From Eledone cirrhosa (lineage: Eukaryota): 64,000 bases of DNA. Below are positions 1 to 11,740 of this stretch, one piece after another. A program made the translations under genes and the position numbers. Where the stretch lies: NCBI GenBank assembly GCA_964016885.1, contig OZ024743.1:161262001-161326000 (forward strand), given 5' to 3'. The notes beneath the pieces were generated by a model, which had not been told where the DNA came from, ran no database searches, and was given only the letters and a program-made list of their open reading frames with translations. The number at the start of each line of letters is the position of its first letter. Within the stretch, counting starts at the first letter, position 1.

Positions 1-72
1 AACTACAAGATAAAAAAGAGAAAATTTGATTTGGGCACAATATAGTGTTATATTGATAGCAGATGGTCTCCG

Positions 73-129
<57 letters not shown>

Positions 130-1983
130 AATGTTTGATATTTGTGCTTCTCAATAAAAAAGCTCAATAGACTTTGTCCTGAGCTATAACAATTCAAAAT
201 TAAAATATATATATGTATATATACATATAGAGAGAAAGGACCATATATATCCAATAGAATACACAATATATTGTATATATACAAAGTACATATCTCAAAG
301 AAAAATACTTACTCCAGATGGAATCAATAAAATTCCTGATAGCTCTATTTCATGCCTTGTAGAGCCAGAACCTAAAATCGGTCTATGTAATCAATCATCG
401 ATCACAAACTATCGATTTCGATAAAGTTAGGTAGACGCTAGACAATCATCAGAGGTAATCATCTACAGCATTAAATGAAACAAAATATGGTTGGAAAATA
501 GTATATGATACAACATACCTGTTTATATCCAGAGGGAAATTCAATGAACTAACGCCAAGCTATAGCTGCATGGTGTAATTACAGTCAACCCGATGCAAGT
601 TTAATACATGACCAACGATATATCCCCATCATTTCACAACTACACCTCTGATTGTATATTCATCTGATGAAGTCACATGCATAACAATATGTGTGTGTGT
701 GTGCACATATTATGTGTGTATGTTTGTATAGATATGTATGTTGTATATATTATTCAATTGATGAAAGCTGGTTGATCATATAATCCCCCGACTCGTTTGT
801 AAACAGACGTAAAGCACTCTACAATTTGTATTCCTTAGGATTTTCCCGGTATCAACTGGAGTTTCAATATTATGAATAAGAGAGGCGGTTTTATTTCTAC
901 GTGTTCTATTTATTACATAATAATTCTATTATATGCATTTCAAAGATGTCTGAGTGGTTACATAATAAACTTTTGACATGTTCTCATCAGACAATTTAAG
1001 ATGTTTAGTCTTATTTTTTAATATGCTAGTGATTTATCGTGGTGTTTACATCGCTGACCAGTACACATATGGATAGTATTGGTATTCTAGTAGTTATATA
1101 GAGTGCAGGAGGCTAAATTGTTGCTGGCATTCTAGGGATTGTAATAAGTTAAATTATCAATTTACTAGATGGGGCATTCTTCAGTTCATATATTTTATAG
1201 AGTTGGCTTGAATGATCTACTTATTTGTTTGTTAATTTGTTTGAACTTAATTCTATGTATTTATATTTCCATCCTATGCATTAATTATTGGATAAAGAGG
1301 TTCCAGTGTAACTATGTATTGATGTATGGTTTAGTAATTATGTTTTGGTCTATTTGACGTTAATGTTTACAGAATTAGTTAACTATATATACTCCGGAAA
1401 GTTTTCAAAGTATGTAGAGTTTTGGTTGTACAGATATCACAGCCAGGCGAAAAAGATTCGCTTAAATATATATATATGTGCATGTGAGTGTTATGTATGT
1501 GTAGGTGTGTGTACGTAGGTGTGTGTATATGTATATATATTTGGGTTCGACTCCCATGTACGTCAATACTCATCCTTTTCCATTTTTAAAGGGTTTTTAA
1601 ACCCCACTATCAGGCTAAAATTTATTTGGCCAAAAATACGGCGACAGCTTCTATTTCTAACAAATTTATATATATATATCTGGATCACTGTTTGTATGAG
1701 TGAAAAGTAGATGTATGTATGTGCAAAGCAATGCCTGTGTGTATGCTTATGTATGTATGTATGTATGTATGTGTATATGTAGGTATATGTATACATATGT
1801 GTGTGTATGTATATATTTGTTTATAATTATGGGTGTCAGTGAAACTTATGTATGATGAGATGTGTATGTATATGTACATACAGGTTCGTACAAGTGTATA
1901 ATGGTGCTACATGTATAGATGTTGGTGTTTTGTGGCTATGTGTACCTAGTAAAATAAACTCGTACATATAAGTAATCGAATTA

Positions 1984-2183
1984 ATGCATGTGTGTGTGTT
2001 CAATTCCAGTGGCAACATTCTGTAATGGGGGTCTGTGTCAGTACAGAACACTTACTACTATATTACATCTGGTCACTTACCTGTTGGGACACATGGAATA
2101 GGTTAGTGGGTCATCAGGGGAATGTTGCCTAAGAAAGATATGTATATAATTGAGGGTTGGCATAAGAATTATATCACATCACA
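1984..2183. repeat. Left arm of a ~200-bp inverted repeat pair (partner 3348-3544)
   Basis: Reverse complement aligns with 3348-3544, e.g. gtctgtgtcagtacagaacacttactactata / tatagtagtaagtgttctgtactgacacagac. Confidence 0.9.
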
Positions 2184-2463
2184 TTAATTTTAGCCATTAC
2201 TTGCTTCCATAGATTTATATAAAATTAACACTTATAATATCATTTACTGAGGTTAAATTTGATTATGACTTCAATGAATTAGTAATACCGTATGTGCATT
2301 AAATACAATTATAAAGTATAGTAATGTCAGAAAATGTGTGCTGGAAATACCTGACAGAAACTATTAAGAACAGTACTGTTAAATAAATCCAGCAATTCCA
2401 ACTTTGTCGCTTCAGCCAAGATGGTTCACGAACACATCGGTCGGTAAATAAACACCTTTTATA

Positions 2464-2533
2464 TGATCCTGATGATTTCTCTACAAGAGTATTGAAAAGA
2501 ATATTTTTTAGAGAATGAAACATATGTAGATCA
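2464..2533 (+). ncRNA. Putative type-I hammerhead ribozyme (Penelope/retrozyme type)
   Basis: Stem I TGATC/GATCA; CTGATGA at 2469-2475; long stem II (TTCTCTA/TAGAGAA plus AGAGTATT/AATATTTT); GAAA at 2517-2520; palindromic stem III ACATATGT; GUA cleavage triplet ending at 2528; AATAAA just downstream. Confidence 0.7.
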
Positions 2534-2985
2534 AATAAATAATGTATTCATTGTTGAATCTTGGTAATCTATTTCTTGTGTATATGCTCTGTAATTATAA
2601 ATCTAAGAAAACCGGAAGTATACCAACCGGTTTTAGCTCTGAAATACCTTTCACTAATCAGGATATAGAATGAACTATATCTGAGCTTTAAATATCTGAA
2701 TGCCTTACTGTTGTATTATCAACTTATAGAATTTAACATATATATTTATGTGTATGTGTGTGATGTTCATAGTGTATATACTGTATTATATATGTGTATG
2801 TGTGTCTGAATGGACGTTAAAGCGGTGTTGAAAATTTATGTGTACATGTGTGTATCTATATATTTTTCTCTGTTGATATTGTTATATGTTAATACAAGAA
2901 ATATATAAAGTGAATGAAAGTTTGTTTGTATAATTTTTTACATGTATAAATAATTAAAGATCTATATGTATATATATATTTACAG

Positions 2986-3017
2986 GGGATTTGGCAAGCA
3001 AGGATTTCAATGCAAAG
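2986..3017 (+). CDS. PRKCA: Conventional protein kinase C (PKC-alpha/beta-like), 32-nt internal exon encoding part of the C1A domain
   Basis: tttacag|G GGA TTT GGC AAG CAA GGA TTT CAA TGC AAA G|gtgagt translates (W)GFGKQGFQCK(V), matching the cPKC C1A motif WGFGKQGFQCQV. Canonical AG/GT ends; size and phase match vertebrate PRKCA exon 2 as I recall it. Too short for the ORF track. Confidence 0.93.
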
Positions 3018-3347
3018 GTGAGTTTGAATTTTACTCTCTCTCGCTCTCTCTCTCCACCCCCATATCATGTATCAACCCACTGACAACACTAATTATAATC
3101 CCTTATAAGAGTGCTGTCTTGTGCTAAAACATATAGATTTTCAAGGCTTGTGTATGAACAGCAGGTGAATTCCACCTACTGAAGAATAAAGCATTTACTG
3201 TAATCAGAGCAGCTGACTGTGTTAGCAGTTTGTGGTATTCATGCCCTACTGAAAACCAGTAAGCTTAACTAAAAAAATTTAGAAAGTAACAACCCCTTCC
3301 TTCCTCCCATAAATGGTTTTGAATCCTAAGGTGTTTGGTTCTGGTTT

Positions 3348-3544
3348 TGTGATGTCATATACTTCTTATGCCAACCCTCAATTATATACATATCTTTCTT
3401 AGGCAAAATCTGATGACCCATTAACCTATTCTATGTGTTCCCAACAGGTAAGTGACCAGAGGTTATATAGTAGTAAGTGTTCTGTACTGACACAGACCTC
3501 CACTACAGAATGTTGCCACTCAAATTGAATGCACACACACGCAT
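3348..3544. repeat. Right arm of a ~200-bp inverted repeat pair (partner 1984-2183)
   Basis: Reverse complement of 1984-2183, e.g. ttcttatgccaaccctcaattatatacatatctttcttaggcaa. Confidence 0.9.
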
Positions 3545-3703
3545 AGTTAAATACAACATACAATAGAAGCTACTTATTGTGATCACTTTGGGACAAAACC
3601 ATTTTATTAAAAGCGTTGATAACCCTATTCATGATTATAGTGATTTCCATTGTATATATAATATATTATGCATGCATTTATACATGATGTGTTTGTGTGT
3701 ATG

Positions 3704-3735
<32 letters not shown>

Positions 3736-3959
3736 AGACTGATAGATAGATAGATAGATAAATAGATATAATAATTGATTGATGAGGTCTTCAGAAAGCT
3801 GGTACAATGTGGTAGAAATATATTAAGGGGAAAGAATTTCCCACAAAATAATGTAATGTTTTTTTACCCAGTATATTTCGATATAATATTTCAGGGTTAA
3901 TACCCTCTTTTCAAATACAAAACTAAAACGAATGATGTGTTCTTCCTTAACTGGTCCAA

Positions 3960-4330
3960 GTGTGTGGACTGCTCATAGGGTTCTGATCTATTGCTTATTT
4001 GGGGCTTCTGTGTGCTGATGATTAAAACCTCTTTAATTCTTAAATTCCCCACATTCATTTCCGGGCTTGTCTGGTGATCTCAATGTCACAGTTGTGATAT
4101 TTGTCAAGGTGTTTTTTGACAGATGCAGCTGTCCTTGCTATGTGCTCCTTGATTTGTATGTGCAACATCGGGACAGCACATCTGATGTATGAGGAGCCAC
4201 ATTGTCTACATGTGACCTTGTATACCACATAATACTCTCATGCACATTTCTATATTGTTTCTAAGACTGTTAGGAAGTGTGCATATATCGTATGCAGGTT
4301 GGGGTTTGTAGAGTAATCTTCGCAAAGAAG
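3960..4330 (-). mobile_element. Penelope-like retroelement fragment (decayed GIY-YIG endonuclease)
   Basis: Minus strand reads VVYKVTCRQCGSSYI and RIKEVLIISTQKP, typical of PLE GIY-YIG domains. Confidence 0.65.
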
Positions 4331-4880
4331 GTCCCAATTGTGCCAATTGTATGTTCCCCTGTCCACTCTACAGATGACTTGTCAGGTGGCAGCAGTCATC
4401 TTCTCAATGAAATACAGCAGCCTTAGATAGTTTATGCTATCTCAAGGGACATGTAGTTTCAAATGCTCACAATCTTATATCAAGTAATTGTGTACATATA
4501 AATATATATAATCTAGCAGATGAATTAGCAGTTAGCTATGATACATATTGCATCTTAAATACAACTCTACTCTGTGTATCAAGACAGTAAATGTTGCTAA
4601 TATTTTAAACTAAAAAATTTACAATTCAGCATTAACATCTATATTATATGTATATGTATATAGGATTATGGAAAGTAAGTCAAATAAAAACAAGGCAGTA
4701 TAAAAACTTTTTTTTAAAGAGGAAACCTTTAAAAACATTTTGTTGAAAATAAAAAAAACAATGGCAAAAAAGGCAAACCAAAGACACAGGACTCAGTCTT
4801 CAGCCATTGAGATGGAGTTTCAACCCCTACCAACAGTACTGCTGGTCCACTCAGGGTCACAGCATCTGACAAACACTCAC

Positions 4881-4912
<32 letters not shown>

Positions 4913-5124
4913 GTGTATGTATATATACATACACACACGCACATATGCTAGCAGGGAAAACAGACATTTAAATGGTGATGATAATGGCATATTTATATGC
5001 CGTATATACTTGAGTAATAGTTGATTTCATGTAAACGTAGACTCTAGTATTTCATGGATAACAGGACAAAATTTATGGATCAACATATCATCCTGTACAT
5101 AGAAATAACGCTGATACAAAATTG

Positions 5125-6847
5125 TCATGAATATCAGGTAAAAGTACCACAGACGCTCTTTTCATTGTACGACAACTACAGGAAAAGTACCTAGCTAAAA
5201 GTAAACCCCTCTACTTAGCTTTTGTAGACCTGGAGAAAGCCTTTGACAGAGTACCCCGCTCCATTATCTGGTGGGCTCTTAGAAAAATAGGTGTAGATGA
5301 ATGGCTTGTGAGAGCTATACAAGCCATGTATAAAGAAACAGTCAGCAAGGTTAGAATTAACAACGAATATAGTGAAGAGTTTAGCGTAAAAGTTGGTGTT
5401 CATCAGGGCTCCGTCCTTAGCCCCCTCCTATTTATTATCGCCCTCCAAGCTATAGCGGAGGAGTTCAAGACCGGCTGCCCATGGGAACTTCTATAGGCAG
5501 ATGATCTAACTCTCATAGCCGAATCAATGGTTGAACTAGAGAAGAAATTCAAAACATGGAAGCATGGCCTAGAATCAAAAGGCCTTAAAGTTAACTTGTC
5601 TAAGACTAAAGTCCTAATATGTAGGAAGGAGAATAGGGCACTGGTCCCATCTGGGAAATGGCCATGCTCAGTGTGTAGGAAAGGAGTAGGCAGAAACTCT
5701 ATTTTATGTCCCAAATGCAAAGTATGGGTGCATAAAAGATGAAGTGGGATCACAGGTCAGCTAACTAAGAATATAGATTTTACATGTGGCCGGTGCTCTG
5801 GTGCAATAAGTAGCAGCAAATGCCCACAGAATACTAGCTCATTCCATTGCCCAGATGGTTCTATAGAAATAGTGGACACCTTCCGTTACCTGGGTGACAA
5901 AATCAGCAGTCGTGAGGGTGCTCCGAAATTACTGTAGCTAGAGTCCGAACGGGATGGAAAAAGTTCAGAGAGCTTATACCACTATTGGCCACTAAAGGTT
6001 TCTCTCTAAAAATAAAAGGCAGGCTGTATGATGCCTGCATACGAACAGTGATGTTACATGGCAGTGAGACATGGGCCTTGTGTGCAGAGGATCTACGCAG
6101 ACTGGAGAGGAACGAAGCTTGCATGCTCCGTTGGATGTGTAATAGTAATATACGCGAACGGCAAAGCATAAATGAACTAAGTAAGAAATTAGGAATAAGA
6201 GCGATCAGATGCTGTTTACTCGAGAGAAGACTACATTGGTATGGTCACGTGATGCGCATGAAAGATGACAGCTGTATAAAAAAGTGCAGGGCGATCAAAA
6301 TAGACGGTAGCTACAGAGTAGGCAGACCCAGAAAAACCTGGGACGACTTGATAAAATCCAACCTCACACATTTACACCTCTCCAAGACAATGTCACTGGA
6401 CCGAGATCTTTGGCGCTACGTAGTAATACAGAAGACCCGCCTTGCCTAAGTACAAAGCGAAACCTACAGTCAGTAGGCACCTCTTAATCAAAATACACCC
6501 CCGTCCCACTAACCCTACCACACCGCCATCTACACCACCCTTTTCGATGTAAAGCTATGTTGGTACCACAATATCCAGTCCTAAATAAATGAGGTCGTGT
6601 AGGTGTCACAACAAAAAAACACACAGTCCACGCTGTAATGTGGCCGTGTAGGTAACACAGTAAAAACCTCCCAGTCCATACTGTAAATGTGGTTGGTGTT
6701 AGGAAGGGCATCCAGCCGTAGAAAACCCGCCAGACAGTCCTGAGCAAGACAACCAATCTTGCCTCAAGTGGGACAATTCCCGTCCAGACCCATGCAAGTG
6801 TGGAAAATGGACGGTAAACGATGATGATGATGATGATGATGATGATA
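5125..6847 (+). mobile_element. RTE-clade LINE, 5'-truncated (RT, C-terminus, 3'UTR, (GAT)n tail)
   Basis: LAFVDLEKAFDRVP, GVHQGSVLSPLLF, LL*ADD, RLHWYGHVMRM, GRPRKTW; internal stops; ends in GATGAT repeats. Confidence 0.92.
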
Positions 6848-7590
6848 AGACAAATTTATATTATTGCAAATACATGTCTGAAAGTAAAAATGATGTACTG
6901 TACCATAACACAGTTCTAATGAGTGTGACTTTAACCACGAATATGAAAATAATTTGACTGGAGAGTTGTGGTGTTAAACATGCCATGTTAGGTAGTGGCA
7001 TACTGGTAGATATATTACCCATGTTAATATTCAGTGATTATGAAATATAAGTTGAAGCTAGTCTCTTATGTTTGATGGATATGAGTAAAAGACAAAATGT
7101 AAATATTTAAGAGCTACGTGGCCTTGTTTAGGATTTTGTTATTTACTAGGACATGTGTTTTGAGGCATAGAATCAGTAATATTGTTGTAATTTATAGTGC
7201 TTTTGTTTTTATTCATTTAGAGATCAGTTGGGCTTCTGCTAGTGATATGCTATTTTGGAGTCTAGCTTGAATTTAAAAAGTAGTATCCATGTAATAGTCG
7301 ACCCCATAAATTTAACTTTAAAACTTGGTTTTAAAAATTTTACTTTTACACAAGTATATACGGTATATGTATTTTGTTTAGAAAGGGGTAAAGTTCCATA
7401 GAGGTCAAAGATTATAGGTAAAAGTGAAAAAGCACAAGGGTATATTTAAGGATTTTTTTTTTCTTAATCTGACAGAATCGATATTTTTATAATGGTTAAA
7501 TTAAATGGATTCAAATTTTCTTAAATTTTCAGACCTAATTGAGCCCTCATCACACCTGACAAGGGCCCAATGAGGTCCAAAAATTGATTA

Positions 7591-10500
7591 ATCATCATCA
7601 TCATTTAATGTCCGCTTTCTCTGCTATCAAGGCCTGGACAGGTCTACATTGACTAAGTCAGAACTGAAGCGGGGGGCCCTGACCTCCCAGATAGGCCGAG
7701 GAGCAAATCTGTATCCTACTTACATATGGTCATATTGAGTGCAGAGGAGAAGTTGTCATGACTTTTTGATACAAATCAAAGGGTCCTCCTAGCCCCTTGT
7801 TTGGCAAGCTTTCTATGGCTAGATGCCATTCCTAACACCAACCACTTTACAGCATGTACTGAGTGATTTTATTGTGTAGATAACCAGCACTATGGAGGTT
7901 GTCATGTCCTCGACATGACTAAAGGGTCCTCCCAACCCTTTGTTTGGAAAGCTTTCTACGTTTGGATGCCCTTCCTTTCACCAACCACTTTACAGTGTGT
8001 ACATCATGTTAATTACCAACACTAGAGAGGTTGTTGTGTCTTTGATACAACTAAAGGGTCCTCCCAACCATTTTAGTCATGTTTTATACAGCTGGGTGCC
8101 TTTCCTGTTGCCAACCGCCCTTACAGATTATACTGGGTGAATTTTCCTGGCACCATCACTCGAGAGGTTATTGGTCATAGACCCAACTATAGAGCACTCT
8201 TAGCTCAGGGGAGAGGGGGAAAATAGGGGAAGGAGATATGTATGAAGTTATAGGTGTATGTAGGGAATTGGCAGAGCAAAGAGTAAAGGGTAGGGGTGAT
8301 TGATTAGTGTATGGGGATGTAGTGGTGTGAGGGATGTGGTCAATATGGTGAGGGAGGGTATGGTGAAGAGATAGTTTGGAGTAAGGGGTAGGGGTAGCTG
8401 GTTAGTGTATTGGGAGAAGGGATGTAGTGGTGGGAAGGATGTGTCGATATAGAGAGGGCTGTGATGGAGAGATTGGAAAGAGGGTAGTGAGGGAGTAAGG
8501 GGTGGTAATGGAGGGTGAACAATGGGTAGAGAGAATAGTTACTAAGGGATAGTAGTGAGGTCTTTAGAGGTGTGCTAGTGGCAGGGAGGGATAGCTGGTT
8601 AGTGTATTTGGAGAGCATGTAGTTGTGTGTGGGATGTGCTTGACAGAGAGGGGGGGGGGGGGGGTCAGGGTGGAGAGATAGGTACGGTGGGGAACAAGGA
8701 GTAAAGACAGTAGCTATTAGGGTGCAATCTGTGGTGGGTGCAGTAGTGGCAAGGATAGATGGGGGAGTACTAGTGAGAGGAAGGAGCAGGGATTCAAGGA
8801 TGGGTCAGGTCATATTGTATGCTTGTGGCCGGGTCTTCATCATCACAGCATAGCACCAGCCCTCTTGATCCTTTGTCATCTCAGTTGTGAGGTTTACTTT
8901 CTTAAGGTCACTCATCACTACTTCATCCCATGTTTTCCTGGTCTACCTTTTCCTCAGCTTTGCTTTTCTTTTCTTTATGTAGCTGCTTTCCTCCATACAC
9001 ATCACATGTCCATACCAGTGCAGTCATCTCTCTTGCACATTATATCCAATTCCATTTATTCCAAGTTTTCTTCTCTGTTCACTTATGTTACGTCATTCAT
9101 GTATGCTAACATTATACATCCATCAGAGCATACTTGCTTCATTTCTCTCCAGCCTTTGTAGGTCTTCTGCAGTTGAGGCCCTTGTTTCACTGCCATGTAG
9201 CATTGTAATTTGCACGCAGGTACCATTCAGTCTACCCTTCACTCTGAGCGAGAAGCTTTTTGTTGTCAGCCAAGGTATCAGCTCTCCAAACTTCTTCCAG
9301 CCTATTCTGATCCTGGCCTTCAGACTTTCTGTTCATTCCCTCTACTGCTAATTTGATTTTCTAAGTAACAAACGCTGAAGGAATCTACTTCATGTGAGTT
9401 CTTAGTGCTTGCTTCTCCTGTGTATCTGCCACATACAAAGTCTATCTTTTCTGCTAATCTATCTGCAATCCCACTACATCTCTTGTGCATCCACAGCTTG
9501 TACTGTGTGCACCTTATAGAATTTCTGCCCACCCCTTTCTGACATATCGAACTGGCCATTCCCCTGATGATATCACCCTCATGTCCTCTTTCCTACTTAT
9601 TAGCACTTTTATCTTTGCTTAGTTTAGTTTTAGGCTTTTCAACTCTAGGTTCTTCCATGTTTGAAATTTTCTCTCTGACTCTCCTACAGATTCAGCTATA
9701 TGGACTAGGTCATCAGCATATAGGAGCTCGCATGGAGTTCCAGTTTTAAACTCCTTGGTGATGGCCTGAAGAACAATGATAAATAGGAGTGGACTGAGGA
9801 CTGAACCCTGGTGGATTCCCGCCTGCACTTCAAATTCATCATTGTATACTCGCTTCCAGCCCTCACCCTGCTGGTTGCTCCTTTATACATGGCCTGCACA
9901 GTTCTCGCAAGTCATTCATCTACATCTAGCTTCCTAAGTGCGCACCAGATTATAGAGTGTGGGACCCTGTCAAAGGCCTTCTCTATATCTACAAAAGCCA
10001 GATACAGTGGCTTACTCTTAGCTAAATACCTTTCCTGCAGTTGTCTCATAATAAAGAAGGCCTCAATAGTTCTCTAGCCTGGCATAAATCCAAACTGCAT
10101 CTCACAAATTGATTTTGTTCTTAATTAGTTGCTATACCTATTTCAGCAATTTTCACGACCTGGTCCATCAGCTTGATGTCTCTGTAGTTACTTCTCTCTA
10201 ATGCACCTTCTTTGTCCTTGTAGCAATTTACAACAATACTGTTGCACCAGTCATTGGGTATAATCCTGTACTCCTTGATTAACTATACATCTGACTAGTG
10301 CATAACCTACCATGCCAGATGCTGTCAGCATCTCAGCAACTATACCACATGGTTCAGCTGTCTTCCCTACCTTCATGTCTTTAATTGCTTTATCTATTAT
10401 TCTGTTGCCAACTTTTATATTTGGTTCCTCAGTTGTATCTACATGGGGTGGGCCCTTGCTGTCTCATTTATTCTCTTCATTCAGCAGTCTCTCATAGTAA

Positions 10501-11740
10501 GTCTTCCATGCCTCCTTCTTTTCGGCATGAGACAGGTCAATTGCTCCAGTATCATTTCAAATTCACTTTTCCTCAACCACTTCATGATTTTCTCTAGTAC
10601 ACCATCTCACCATCTTAAACACTCCAGACTGCTGATCTTCGCAATGCAGAACATGAGTAAATTTCTTTTTTTCTGCCTCTGCTCTTGCTAGTTATACTTG
10701 GCACCTTGCCTCTCTTCTAGCTATATTTTTTTCTCTCTCCCCCTTTCCTCCAGTCTCTCCAAGCTTGTCTTTTTATTTTTATGGCTCTATCTACCTTATC
10801 ATTCCACCACTACACCACTCTGTCTTGCTGCAGCCACAGGCCTGGTTTATGGCTTCCTGCCAGTTATGGAAACTGCCAGATGGAAACTCCAGTTTTCCTC
10901 TCTTAGCTTCCAGGTCTTCCTTCTCCAGACTGGCGTCTGTCCCTTAGTCCATCATCATCATCATTTTACATCTGCTTTTTCCTGCTTGCAAGGGTGGGAC
11001 GGGTCCTATTCAGCACAGCATCTCTCCATTCGTCAAGGTCCTTTGTCATCTCCTCCGTGAGCTTCAGCGATCTGAGGTTAGCTCTCACCACCTCTGTCCA
11101 TGATTTTCGTGGTCTTCCTCTACCACATCTTCCTTCTACTGGGATTTCTTGGCACTTCTTTACCCAGCGGTCATCCTCCATTTGTGTTACAGAACTCCAG
11201 AATCATAGCCTCTTCCTCATTTATTGGACCATAACTGTAGCTTCCATGTATGCCAGAGAATCCATTATGTTTCCCAACATGGCCATTGACATCCCAGCTG
11301 TGATCATAAGATCACTGTCATCTGTCATTGAGGTAGTCCGTAAGAGGGCTTCATAAAATGATCTTTTTGTTCATCAGCAAGTCTAGCTTGTGGGGAATAT
11401 GCAAATAATATGGTGGTTGTAGTATTGCTCAAGGTTTGTCTAAGTATAATCATTCTATCACTCACTCCCCCTCAGTTACCTCATCTACTTAGCAAGGAGC
11501 ATTTCTACTCCCCCCCCCTTATTACTACCCGCCCAGAAGATTTTGTAATATTGTTCTTTGCCTGTAATGAGTCTGGCTGAAGCACACCTTCACCTTAATT
11601 CTTGCACACAACATATATCTACTTGTCTCCTCTCTAGCATCTCTACATTCTCACCACACTTATCTTTCATTTTCTCAACATTGATAGTGGCAACTCTTAA
11701 GTTCCGCATTTGATGATCAAGAGACTGCTTGGGTGTCTTG
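7591..11740 (-). mobile_element. RTE-clade LINE, decayed near-full-length copy (APE endonuclease, RT, 3'UTR)
   Basis: Minus-strand LRVATINV...VDICCVQELR (APE) and GIHQGSVLSPLLF...LLYADDL (RT); (ATC)n tail at ~7591; interrupted by a nested insertion at 10951-11185. Confidence 0.85.
10951..11185 (-). mobile_element. 3' end of a second RTE subfamily, nested in the 7591-11740 LINE
   Basis: MEDDRWVKKCQEIPVEGRCGRGRPRKSW followed by a short 3'UTR and (GAT)n tail; same subfamily as 39010-39462. Confidence 0.85.

Noticed and set aside
3772-3810. Hammerhead-like TTGATGAGGTCTTCAGAAAGCTGGTA
   Set aside because: First core C is missing and stems II and III do not pair adequately.
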